DNA of 32,479 nucleotides from Atractiella rhizophila (lineage: Eukaryota): contig MU271370.1 of NCBI GenBank assembly GCA_021432655.1, positions 25,862 through 58,340 on the forward strand, written 5' to 3'. The translations under genes and the position numbers were made by a program. Below are positions 21,397 through 32,479 of this stretch, piece by piece. How positions within the stretch are numbered: position 1 is the stretch's first letter; every line of letters begins with the position of its first letter. The notes under the pieces are model-generated. The model was not told the origin of the DNA. It worked only from the letters and a program-made list of their open reading frames with translations, and searched no databases.

Positions 21397-23403
21397 ATGC
21401 TTTCTGAGCGAGGTCTGAAAGACCAGGCAATTGGGAAGGAGAGCATTGTGCTTGGCAAGCTAAAGCAAGGAAATCAGGTAGGGATAAAGAAACCTTCGTG
21501 AGCTTTATGGAAACAAATACACCTGCTGAACTGTTTGGCAGTATTCCACTGATAACCCGAATGGTTCGTTCTACGAGTCATTTTCGCGAGGTTGGAAAGT
21601 GATGCGGCTCAGGAATCATCAACCTGGGAGTCGCAAGTAATGTATCATCGTGTCTTGCCTGATATTCGTATTTTAACTCTGCCTATTAGGTGCTCATGAT
21701 TGACGAGCTTGGAAAGGTCCAGCGGTCCCTTCTCTTCACTGGCGCCGCTGAGAAATATATTAGTTTGCAAGAGAAAATTTGAACCTCATCTATACTGTAG
21801 AACTTCCCTAACTCTAAAGTCAACTCTCGCTCACTTTTCTATTGGAGGATTACACCTATTCTGATGCCCCGACTTCATCTCTTCGTTTGAACCGCAGCTT
21901 TGCCGCGTTTTTCACGCAATATTTCAATGCTAGAGAACCGGTAACTAATGATCATATTGTGTGGACAACAGGCGTTGGTAATGCTCTGGACGAGGTACGA
22001 TCATTTTAATCGCTAGGTCTAGGGCTGACCAAGGGACAGCTTGCATGGGTACTAGCGAATCCTGGGGATCTGATCATGATGTCCCGTGTAAGCTTGTCAT
22101 TTGGACTGACGAGTAAACACTGATCCTGAGTCTAGCCTTATTACAGTAAGCTGGTCCTTAGGTCGTTCATTACATGTCGCCTCGATTAATGACGCGTTGA
22201 AGACGGATTCGTGCTGGATCTTGTCGCTCGATCTCAGGTCGATATTTTAGGCGTCAAACTTCCTGTTGACGTCCACCCTGGTGCTCCCGAGACCTTGCAG
22301 TATTTTGATAAGGTACATAGGAACTATAGCTACCTTAGTCTAATTTACTTTGCACTTTAGGCCTTGGACACTTTGGATGATAGTACAAGAAGAAAAGTTA
22401 AAATGATCATGCTTGTCAATCCTCACAACCCTCTAGGTAGCTCTTACTTCTTCTCGATAGCAACACTATGCTTATTGCTTTCAGGTTTCACGTACCCAAA
22501 GGAGACAATTTTGGAGTATTGTCGATTTGCTGAGAAGCAGGATTTGCAACTGTAAGATCGTTTTGTGAGCTTCAGTTTGCCCTAAGCTTCCTAAAGAATC
22601 GTGGATGAGATTTACGCGCTTTCTCTTTACGATACTCCCGGTACGCCCTCCACCTCGCAAAACAGGACTGTCTCTGAAATACGATATAGATGTCCCGGAT
22701 CCTACTCCTTTCACATCTATCCTCTCCATTGACATTCTTGCGGAAGCGAAATGTAACCCCAGCAGGGTGCATATGATTTATGGACCATCAAAAGTTTGTC
22801 TTTATACAACCTTCGGACATGTCTAAAAAGTGGAAAGGATTTCGGTGCAAACGGATTCCGGTATGTGATTGTTAAGGAATTGGTCTCTAATTCTTTTGAT
22901 ATTTCCCAGGCTTGGAGTCGTGGTTTCTCAACACAATCACGATGTGATTGAAGCGCTATGTGGGGTTTCTGTTGTTGGTAGACCCTCAAGTGTACCTGTT
23001 AGAGTTTCACCGTATTCGTGGGTTGTGTTGTATGCTAAGCATTGGAAAGGACGCCATCTTCTCTGCGCTTTTCACGTCCACATACCTCACGGAATATATC
23101 ACACTCAACCGACAACGCCTCTCGCGAGCTCGTGCTTTCGTAGCTTCCCGCCTCACCCAACTTGGGATACCTTATTACAAGAGCAATGCAGGCCTGTTCC
23201 TTTGGATTGATTTGAGGAGATGGATGCGCGAAGGTGGAGAGATGGAGCTGCGAGATAAAATGGCTGCAAACGGCGTTTACGTGACTCCTGGCAACACTTA
23301 TGGGGGAACTATAAAAGGCTTTTTCAGATTGACGTTCTCTCTCCTGCCTGAGTATACTAAGGTGGGTTTGGATAGAATAGAGACGGCCCTTAATGAGATC
23401 TGA
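21397..23403 (+). CDS. PLP-dependent class I/II aminotransferase of the ACC-synthase-like subgroup (~16 exons)
   Basis: Spliced motifs MLSERG, NPNGIINLGVASN, YTYSDAPTSSLRL, NPGDLIMMSRPYY, LVNPHNPLG, IVDEIYALS, PLP-lysine region YGPSK|DFGANGFRLG, NAGLFLWIDLR, GFFRLTFS. TGA at 23401-23403. Confidence 0.88.
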
Positions 23404-23539
23404 TGAAAATTGCCAATTTCTTTTTTCTGACGGAATGATAATATTTGGTAGCAAATTCATTCCTCTGGTAACAGTTTTGGTATGTACAAAGCAAGTCGGC
23501 GTGAAAAAACGTCGCTGTCCATCAGCTGAGAAGTATGCT

Positions 23540-26489
23540 TCACAACATTGTTATGCCAAAGGCAAGAGCAATCATAACAGTAAAGATTGATGCTTTGTCT
23601 ACTGTGTGAATAACAGAGGAATCAGAGTTGTCCGTTCGCGAACCATCCTGAGAAAACAGTTTCAGGTGATAATGTCAAAGGGCGAAAAATAACTCACAGT
23701 GTTGTTCGTGCTTGGGGTTGATTCGACAATTGCAGCAGTCCCAATACCACTTGTGCAGTTGATGGTTGGGTCCGAGATGACAATATCGTCGATTCTCAGA
23801 GTAAAGGCACTATAATCACAGTTTAGCTTAGCATCCTCTGGATTGCATGCAACTGCCGTACCTGAGGGGAGAGATAGAGAACACATCGTTTCCGGCAGCA
23901 GTTGCGGTGAAATTGTAACGAACAAACGGGCCTTTTCAAGGTTAGCGCTTTCAGGACTTGAGACACATTAAGAAACCAACCATTTTCATCGCTTCCGCTG
24001 GCGACCAGGAACGTCTCGTTCAGCGACCCAAATGTGACAACCGTAGATATCGGGCTATCTGTGAGCGCGAAAGCAGAGAAGGTAATGGTACTACATCATT
24101 CTGTTAGGAAAATCAAGCAGGGATGAGCAATCACGAACTAGTTTGTTCCTGCTTCAGCTGGTGTGGCTTGAGAGAGCGTTGTGTGATTGAACAACGTTCC
24201 CCAGTTGCCATCTCCATCTGGAGCTAAAGGCCTATCGGAATCCACACCGCACTGGGGAAAGTCGGTTCCTGTGGCGTTCGCACAAGTCCAAGGAGCAATG
24301 CTCGTGCTCGAAAGAGTGAAACCACCATCCGTCAAAAGATTCGGGTAGCAAGTGCAAACGGCGGCCGCCCTATATATATTCAAGTTCCTGAAACTGAGGG
24401 TTGCGGAGTCCAGAGGCGTTATCGCAAAATCGTCATTTCCCGAAGCGACAGCATAAAAGGTTATGTTATTGAACCCTCCTACTCCTTCTTCAGCGAAACA
24501 AAACGCCACCAGAAGAGCGACCTACCGACTGTCAAAGAATTGGGAACCGAAATTGTTTGATGGAACGATCCAAATTGCACAAGCACGTCCACAGCTGAGA
24601 TGCCAGAAACGTAGGCTTCGAATGTGATGGAATAATTGGTCCCAGCTACAGCGGCAGTTTGATAGTTCACAGTTGAAAAGTTTCCTACTGAAAGATAGTT
24701 GGAGCCAGCCTCGGTATCCTGAGCATTCAACAGCTCTGTGTCATTGATGTCAGCAAACAACTTCATCAATGTCAAGAACTACGTACGACAAGAGTCAGTG
24801 TTCGTGCAGGTAAAAGGTGCGTAAGACGTGTTCGAGGCCCCCAGACCTCCATTGCTAATAATTCTTGGAGCGCACTCAGTTAAATTGCCTATCGGTGTCA
24901 CCGTTGGAATCGGTCCAACAGATGTAGGAAATGTTGGAGTTGCTTGACTTGCACTTGAAGAGCTCGGAACTGGAATCGGGACAACCACTGACGGAGTAGT
25001 CGGTACTGCGCCATAAACATCAGAGCGGTCAACGGACTAGGCAATGCAGAGGACTATTTACCAGCTCCATTGCTTGTCGATGGACTCGTCGGTGGCGGAG
25101 CTGGGTTAGACGGGGTTATAACCGTGGGCTGGCCAGAGGCAGAAGTGGCTGTCCCCGTGCTGGCGGTTGCGGTACCGCCAGGGTTACCCGTATTCGGAGT
25201 GCTCGTGGTGGTTGTGGTTGTGGTTGTACTATCATTGGGGTTACCCGTATTCGGAGTGCTTGTGGTGGTGGTGGTGGTGGTTGTGCTCTCATTAGGGTTA
25301 CCCGTATTCGGAGTGCTTGTGGTGGTGGTGGTCGGTGGTTGTTACTCTATCATTCGGGTTACAGGCTTGTGGTGGTCGTGGTCGTGGTTGTACCATCATT
25401 CGGGTTACCCGTGTTGGGAGTGCCTGTAGTGGTTGTGGTGGTAGTAGGGGAGTCGGAGGGAGGAGACGTCGTTGTCGTCGTCGTTGTCGGGCTATCAGAT
25501 GGCGGTGGGCCATTGGTGGTGGTTGTGGGCGAATCGGAAGGGGGTGGTCCATCGTTGCTAGTGGTTGTTGGCGAGTCAGATGGCGGTGGCCCATCGTTAC
25601 TTGTTGTGGTGGGTGAGTCGGATGGAGGGGGACCGTCGTTCCGTGTGGTGGTCGGTGAATCAGATGGTGGAGGTCCGTCGTTTCGTGTCGTAGTCGGCGA
25701 GTCAGACGGAGGAGGTCCATCGTTCTGTGTCGTAGTCGGCGTATCAGATGGAGGGGGACCATCATTCCGAGTGGTAGTGGGGGAATCGGACGGGGGTGGC
25801 CCATCGTCCTGTCGCTTTCTGTATTGATGAGAGGGAACGATGGACACAGAGGACAGGAGGAGGGAGCCTTCGTTACTTTAACTTTTGTTTAGAGGTTTCA
25901 CGGAGGACACGGAGCAAACGTACCATAAGGGCGTCAGACGAAGTTCAGGCTGCCCCTTCGTTCGCGTGTAGATCGTGTACTCTTCAAAACCTGATTTCGT
26001 CATCACCATCAGCTCTTTCTTCCAAGCGAGAGAAGAGAGCGTGCTAACCGCCGTTCCCATGAACGTCTACTTTCCCAGCCCAATCTCCAAACTGGACAAG
26101 GGTCTCTACCTTTTCCTTTCCTCCGGTAGAAGCGAAGAAAGAAAGCGCGCTGCAAAACATGCATTAGAACTTCCAAGTCAGGGTAAAGTAGAAAGCGCAC
26201 TATTCTTCTCCTTCCTCAAGAGATGAGGAAAGAACGCGCGACAGAGTCGCGAATGAGGACACTCTGATATGCTCTCCTTTGTTCGAGAACCAAGGGAGGA
26301 CGCCATTTCCTGTGCGCAGACAAAGTATCAGATCGTCTCTCCATCGCTGTGGGAGAGCAGATGAGGGATGGACGTACGGCAAAGAGAAGGGTTGGAGCAT
26401 TTCCATCCATCATTCAAATCACCGATCGCGAATTGAGCCTTCACCGCAACTGCAGTCACTCCAACTATCCAAGCAAGTTGGAGCCTCAT
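23540..26489 (-). CDS. Secreted, probably GPI-anchored cell-surface glycoprotein: three carbohydrate-binding-like beta-sandwich domains plus Pro/Ser/Thr repeats; apparent frameshift at ~25330-25365
   Basis: ATG 26489 with signal peptide MRLQLAWIVGVTAVAVKA. Three mutually similar domains (EYALSFFA..TLVQFG; NYSITFEA..VLVQFG; NYTITFSA..TVVTFG, each preceded by W/F-x-C..C). YRKR before the repeats. Hydrophobic tail IFTVMIALAFGITML ending at TGA 23542-23540. Confidence 0.72.
25180..25810 (-). repeat. Coding minisatellites: ~7-8 x 42-nt (NDGPPPSDSPTTTx) followed by ~4 x 57-nt (TPNTGNPNDSTTTTTTTTS)
   Basis: Directly visible in the sequence and in ORF 25359-25847. The 42-nt units differ mainly at third codon positions. 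Confidence 0.92.
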
Positions 26490-28413
26490 GATGACCTTCT
26501 ATCACCGTTTAACGGTCTCACAGGTCAATTTCTGCACGTCCGTCTCTTGAGAGAGAAGTCGAAAGAGATCGACAGGACGACCCTCTGGACCCTTTTATAT
26601 CTCATCATGAATCATCGGGTCCCTCTGTAAGAGGCCGTCCAACGTTCCGGACAGAACAATGGCGGCTCTGCTAAACGCAGTCTAAGACCACCTTGGCAGG
26701 ACTCAACACACAACAACAAGAGCGAAAGCGCAGTCTGTTCGTTCAGCCTGTCCAGCACGACAACACCCACAAAGGGACTAAAGAATTAGCTCCCTCGCTG
26801 AGGACGTGAGAGAACATAGGAGCAGAGCCGCAACGGCATGTGGATGTGGACAAGAGGCCGAATCGGTGCTAGCACCTACCGAGGAATTTCGAAATGGAAT
26901 CTAGCTAGAATGTCGGCGTTGATCGATTGATTAATCTGAGCCTGCAAAGTTGCTTATGATGCCCAAGTTCAAGAGCGTTCGATATTCAATGCCAATGAAA
27001 GAGTCAAGTTCCGAAGAGCGAAATCGAGAACGGGAGACAAGGACAATCGGGATAAAACTGAGGCAACCAGAACACTATGGAGAGGTTTCCCTGTTCTGGG
27101 AAAATGGTGTTACTTCACTCCCGCTCTACCTGCGCTCTTTCATGAGCTCATAACTCACACGCTCTTCTAGATGTTCACAATAATCGTTGAAACTCGTCTG
27201 ACAGGAGTGTGGCACGTGACATTGAAGTTGGACAGGCGACATGAAATGTGTCGCTAGGTCAATCTAGGTCGATCCGTTCATCCTGTTGACGCTGGAGTAA
27301 GGGTATGAGTTCCTGGGTTTTCATTGTCTTCCTTAGAAACTCCAGGAGTGTGTTGTTGTACTTTGTCCAAGAAAAGGCGACGAAATACTTACTTCTTCCT
27401 AGTCACAGATTATTGTCGCGTCCTTTGGTGCAGAGAAGGATCATTGGGTTGACCTGTCTATCTGATATGTGCTGATATGCTTCAGAATCTCAACTTCACG
27501 TTAAGTTGCTAACAGGTACGTGAAAACCTTGGAGCTAAGGGTTCCTTTATTGCAGGCAATTTCTTCTTGTTGCGCACTTTCTAGTCAGTTTCAAGGAATC
27601 CAAGTTCTACATGAGTCCTTGTTATGAACACCTATCCATGTTAATTGGAATCCGCGCCGTCATTACATGCCACGACCTGCCGACTCGTACTTGTGCGGAA
27701 CAGAATGCTGCTCTACCTTTAGTTTAGAGGACGAATGTTCGATTGAATCGTGGTGCCAAAATCACAACTTTGGATACTAGTACGCTAGTATGTGGAGTCG
27801 GAGTTGGACAGACAGAGAAGGCACACCTGAAGTCGTTTTCCCTATTTCGTCTTGTCTTGACGGCCCGTCTTCACAAACAGGGTTCACACTGGCACGTCAG
27901 AATCCGCGCTGTCATGGCTGACCTTCGCCGGCAGACATTGACAGCAGCTCAAGCTCAAGGGTTGAGTGGCTCGAAACATTTAGCGAGTCACTGTGGGGTC
28001 AATCACCTCCACGCCAAAGGCATCATCATTGACCTAATGGCGATATTACTGGTGTCTGTCGCAGCATCACGACCGCGAGGACGACTCCGACTTGGAATCG
28101 CAAGCGTAATTCCAAGGTCTTACGAATGCCAGGATTCCTTGACGGCTTGATGTTCTCGTTGGTAGGTACCACAACTACAAAATCGCTGTCATCAAGACTC
28201 TCTTCAGTGTGTCGAGGATAGAATATGAATTAGAATGTTAAAACGTATCACTGTGGCGCCACTTCCATGCCTGGATACCATCCCATCTCATTCCAGATCA
28301 ATTTTCCTGTTCGCTTTCGCATTCTCTGGCCACGGCCTCCCAATGTTGCCTTCGCTCCCCCAAATCTGCTAACCTTTCGGTTTCTTTGACATATGCCTTC
28401 CTCTGTCGCGAAG

Positions 28414-29188
28414 TCACATTTGGAGGGTATCTAATGCAGTAGTAGTCAAAAGATGTAACGCCCGTTTTGGAGTGTCATACCCGTACCGCTCAACACGCTC
28501 GTACCAGTGCTTATCAAAGCCGACACACTTCAGCATAACCAATGGCATCGTGAGAAGGCCTTTTGCGAAACCGTCTCGTTCCACCGACTCGAGCTTGGAA
28601 GAATCGATGAATCCGTCGCACCAACCTTGATTTTCCAACTTCTCAGAGAGCTCCTTGTTCCGCTTCGAAATTAGGGATTGGCCCCAGCCCTCGTAACCTG
28701 CTACGCGAGACCACAACTTCCGAACCTTCTCTCTGTGGATCAGACAATATCTGTAGAATCGTGAGAGATCACTAACTGCGACTGGGAGATCGAGATAAGA
28801 TGTTGCATTCACTTCTCCCCTCCCAATCACCTTGTACACTCCTGACCTCAATTTGAGCTTCGCCATAAGTGATAGGTAAGTGCATACCGCCATACCACCA
28901 TTCACCTGGCCCATCCCGTTTGAAAAAGCAGTTGAGTTGTCTGACTTCTGTACCATCGTCTAGCTGCTCCAGACGCTGCACTTCGCATTGTGGAATGTAA
29001 AGCAGCCCATGTTTTCCGGGTGCTAGTGGAAGGTCCCAGCAGAAGCGAGCAGAAAGCGTCAGATATGGCTCTTGGTGAGATGAGTGTAGCCAGTTTTGGA
29101 AGCGCTGATCTGTCGAACCTCCGAATACCTGTACATAGTGAGGTTGAAAGGTGTGCAAAGAACTGTAGACCAATATATCGAGAATCAT
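28414..29188 (-). CDS. DUF6697-like hypothetical protein (partial model, ends uncertain)
   Basis: A 46-nt intron (28887-28842) joins the two overlapping ORFs into LPLAPGKHGLLY...FFKR..GEWWYGG|VYKV...VRKLW..GWG...LVMLKCVGFDKHWYE, which resembles the basidiomycete DUF6697 motif series. Recognised by eye only. Confidence 0.5.
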
Positions 29189-30539
29189 TTAATGAGAGGA
29201 GGCAAAGGAGGCAAAGGGCTAATGCATCTAAAGGTCAAAAGCGACTCTGGACAATGATATTAGTATGGTCCATAATAGTTCAAATCACATGATAGATGGT
29301 AGATAGATTATATCGTCAGTTCTTTGATCACTTCCTCCTTTGAACAGTGAGATTGTACGCATGAAGTAGCTTAACTGCGAGGTACAGCTCTAGCAAGTTC
29401 AGACGAAGAACCACTCCAGTACAGCGCAAAGAAAATGCCCACTCAACTTTGTCGTCTAAAAAGGGAAATCTTCTTCAGGAAAGGATGTACCATGGAAGTG
29501 ATGGCTCCTGGGACATATCATTTATAGGCGAAGGTATGAAGCCGACAATCAATGACAAATCCCATCAACAGAGCTAGACAGCTAATCGACACATCCCGTC
29601 CTCAACCTTTGTCAGTGGAGAAATGCCAGAGCACTGGTATTTGTCTGCAATGTGAAGCTGAACTATTGAGGCCAGCTATTTGCATTTGTCAAAATCCAGG
29701 AGGCATTTGATTCTGGTGAAGGGCCGTTGACTATTAATGATGATCGAATCTGGTCGACTAGAGACCAACAGTAGTTAAAGCCACATTGCGCGATTAAACA
29801 AATTTGTCTTCTCTAGTCCGCAATATGAGTGTCACCCATTCTTGCCGAATGCAAATGGAACGAGCGGACATGAAGGTCCTACCCTTTCATCCAGCTCCTC
29901 TGCTTTCTTAGGAGAGAAGTGAGTAGCTCTGAATCCGGCCAGAATACGTGCAAAACAGGGAACAACCAGTCTGCTTGTACAAAGACATGTTTCAGGGGAA
30001 AACCCCTTCCGATCGGGACGAAAAAGAAGAGTTCTGGATTGAGGTAAACTACGTGCTTTTGCTGTGACACCACGCCGCAGGCTCCGGCGTATTCTCATCT
30101 TATATCGCGCGCTTAAGAAAGTGGAGCCGACGATTGAATGCTCCTGAGAGTACTGCCTTCCATTCCTGGGAGATACAATGCTGAGTGAGGAGCACTCCAA
30201 ACCCATTAGACACGCTTTTCCTTGGGCGCGGAGTGGTTTGGACCACTATAGCAACCCGGCCCCAATGTCAGTTGGCACAGATCTCTCTCCTCCTCTCGCA
30301 GAAAGAAAAAGAATCTGCTGCAGAGAAAGGCAAGATAAAAGTGTGGCCACGCGATCAATGCGTTGTGCCATGTCACAATGTAATGAACACCATCAAAGTG
30401 AGGAGTCCTTCAGACTCTATCAGGAGAGTTGCACTTCCATGGCCCAGATAGCGGACCTCTTTCCACCTGCAAGAACTCTTGCCCACGCTTTCACACATAA
30501 GAAGGAACGCACCTTACAAATATCAGCATGACTAAACCT

Positions 30540-31873
30540 CTAACTCCTCCACCTGTCCTCCACTTCCACCTCCTCATCTTGTCTCATCCCAAAATCCTCC
30601 AACTCAAAGATCCCCGCACCTCTATCTCTCACTCTATCCAGCTCAGCTCCATCGGCTACCTCCTCTTTCTTAATGCGTACTTTTACCTCGATCGGTTCCT
30701 CTTCTTTAGGAGAGAGAGACCGAGATTGAGAACCTTGATTGGGCAGGATTTCTAACGCCTCCCGCTTAATATAAAGGGACACTTTCACCTCATCCTCCTG
30801 AAACTGGAAGGTCGAATCCATCGGAATATGATGGCTTTTCAGTCGAGATTTGGAGGACTTGGAAGATTTCGATGATTTGATTGATTTCGACGATTTGGTA
30901 GGTTTAGCTGGTTTGAATGTAGATGGAGAGCGAGGGCGATGATATGATTTTTGGACTTTCTTTGATCGATTACGAGAGGAATTGCCTACTGTGGAGGCAG
31001 AGGACAAGGGCTTGACGATGCTGTTCGATGCAGACTGTGAAAGTGCATTGTCTTCTTCTTGTTCGCTTTCCGAGGAAGAGTCGGACGAAATGAGAATATA
31101 TTCTTCCTATACCATCGTTAGCTTCAGCTGTTGTCTACGATTTAGCGCGGATTGAACTATTGTTAAGCTCAATTGCAGGTATCACACTTGCATTTTCTGT
31201 GGAAAATAACAAGAGGTACATAGCCATGACCTCAGCTCCGACATATAGTTGGGATAAAATTAAATCATATTTCCTTTCCGACATGGGCTCTAGGCGACAA
31301 CGCAACAATAATCGAGACCTTACCCTTCTTCCACCGCAGAAACAGCAACCCAATAAACAACTTGTCAACAGATGCTCCTTAGTTTGTGTTGCTTTAGCGT
31401 CGCAACGTCCCAACCACGATGAAGGAGGGGTGTTCACACTTTCAACAATGCAGGTGATGCCAGCGCAATGCCTCATCATTAAAGATAAACAATAAAAGAA
31501 AGTTGGTAATCAAACATCTGTTGTAGGTACTACCGTGAAACACATCCTCCTCATTCGAGTAGAATCCCTTTCCGCACAGTGCAAACTGACTCCAAAGAGA
31601 ACATAACGAGCGACGTACAGTTTCCACCTTCATCCTTGTAGTCGCCAGTCCATCTCCATTCCATAAACTAGCCCCCATTTCTGTCGCTCTGCTTCTTTGT
31701 TTCCGACCTACATCTTCAGCAGTTGGAGGAGATATCTCGCGATGTTTCCTTTTAATTCCATGCAGCTGCCTCTGCAACCTCTCCAGCACTAGCTCGTCTT
31801 CGTCAAGATCAATCACTTCAGCTGGCGGCGTATCTGGGAGAATGTGGACTCGGGAGGTGGTCATACTGAGCAT
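30540..31873 (-). CDS. Hypothetical multi-exon protein with low-complexity Ser/Lys/Glu-rich exons; may or may not join the DUF6697-like exons
   Basis: Candidate ATG 31873 (MLSMTTSRVHILPDTPPAEVIDLDEDE...). An in-frame acceptor tag|GAA at 31106 opens the EEYILISSDSSSESE...KSSKSSKSSKS...IKKEE exon. Intermediate splicing is not resolved. Confidence 0.4.
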
Positions 31874-32198
31874 ACTGCTGCGAATAGTCTTGTTGTCGTT
31901 CGGGATGGTGGGTGTGCTTGATTGTTTCCTGACGAAGATAACCACGTCATTCATGCATATGGACACACAGGAATTGAAAGTGAAAGAAAGGTTGTTGTCG
32001 AAAATGTTTTCAATATTTGTTGCAGAAAGTAATAAGAAAGTTACCAAGAAAGTGGTGTCCTAGCTAGACCACCCCCTTTTTCCAGCATCATCCTGCAATC
32101 ATAGTCATCGCTCACACAATGATTGTCTCCAAGCCCAACCTTGAGAATGGTCCTGCAACCCTGAAAAATCTCGACCTGAAGTGCTGGTGGTTGGGAAG

Positions 32199-32339
32199 CA
32201 ATTGGCATCGCATTTTGAAACTGTGGGTGACGCATTGCGCAATCGTTGCGAATGCCCCTCCATTTTGAGGCGTTGCCAATTGGTTTGACAGCATTGGGAC
32301 CGCATTTCCCAACTACTGCTAGAACATTGGGAAATGTGG
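32199..32339. repeat. Cluster of nested short inverted repeats
   Basis: caattggcatcgc (32199-32211) / gcgttgccaattg (32270-32282); inner gcattgcgcaa / ttgcgaatgc (32232-32255); ccgcatttcccaa / ttgggaaatgtgg (32300-32339). Confidence 0.6.
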
Positions 32340-32479
32340 AAACATTTCAATAATGGACAACTATCTGTCAAGATTGCTGCAACGGTTGGACGGGGGTTGG
32401 AAGGCCATGCTTGAGGCGTATTTGGGGTCTGGGACAGCATGAAGCAACATGGTTCATCAACTTTTTATTATTAAGACCC

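Noticed and set aside
21633..21638. GCAAGT as a GC-AG intron donor
   Set aside because: Using it would delete the A-x-N motif. The GT donor at 21642 keeps the same phase and preserves the motif. Not formally excluded without cDNA.
21747..21800. CTGAGA...TTTGAACCT resembling a TPP riboswitch
   Set aside because: Lacks the downstream GATxxGGxTAATxCC element and overlaps a coding exon of the PLP enzyme.
25070..25827. Val/Gly-rich plus-strand ORFs and a CRISPR-like periodic array
   Set aside because: Antisense translation of Thr/Pro coding repeats. There are no unique spacers and the context is eukaryotic.
26950..28150. Short ORFs 26950-27153 and 27743-28150
   Set aside because: Non-ATG starts, no recognisable motifs and no coherent splice model.

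Overview
Eukaryotic, intron-rich fungal DNA, most likely a basidiomycete. The RPB1 sequence, short 45-60 nt introns and GTTCGT/GTGAGT donors suggest Pucciniomycotina (inference). Genes reconstructed by hand from splice signals, in order: 5'-truncated long-chain chromate transporter (+); small mitochondrial-type TPR protein (-); RNA polymerase II largest subunit RPB1 (12 exons, -); CaCA-family cation/Ca2+ exchanger (-); signal peptide-TM-RING-H2 E3 ligase whose 3' part is tandemly duplicated (~2 kb, +); MIM1 (-); ~16-exon ACC-synthase-like PLP enzyme (+); secreted, probably GPI-anchored protein with three beta-sandwich-like domains and mucin-like repeats (-, frameshifted in the repeats); DUF6697-like and hypothetical exons (-). 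The most unusual item is RPB1. It has a cluster of substitutions in the normally conserved alpha-amanitin pocket, a 2-nt micro-exon needed to keep the catalytic NADFDGD motif in frame, a CTD with no perfect YSPTSPS and mostly Phe at position 1, and one long structured intron. I found no rRNA, tRNA, CRISPR array or transposase. All homology calls come from motif recognition, not database searches.
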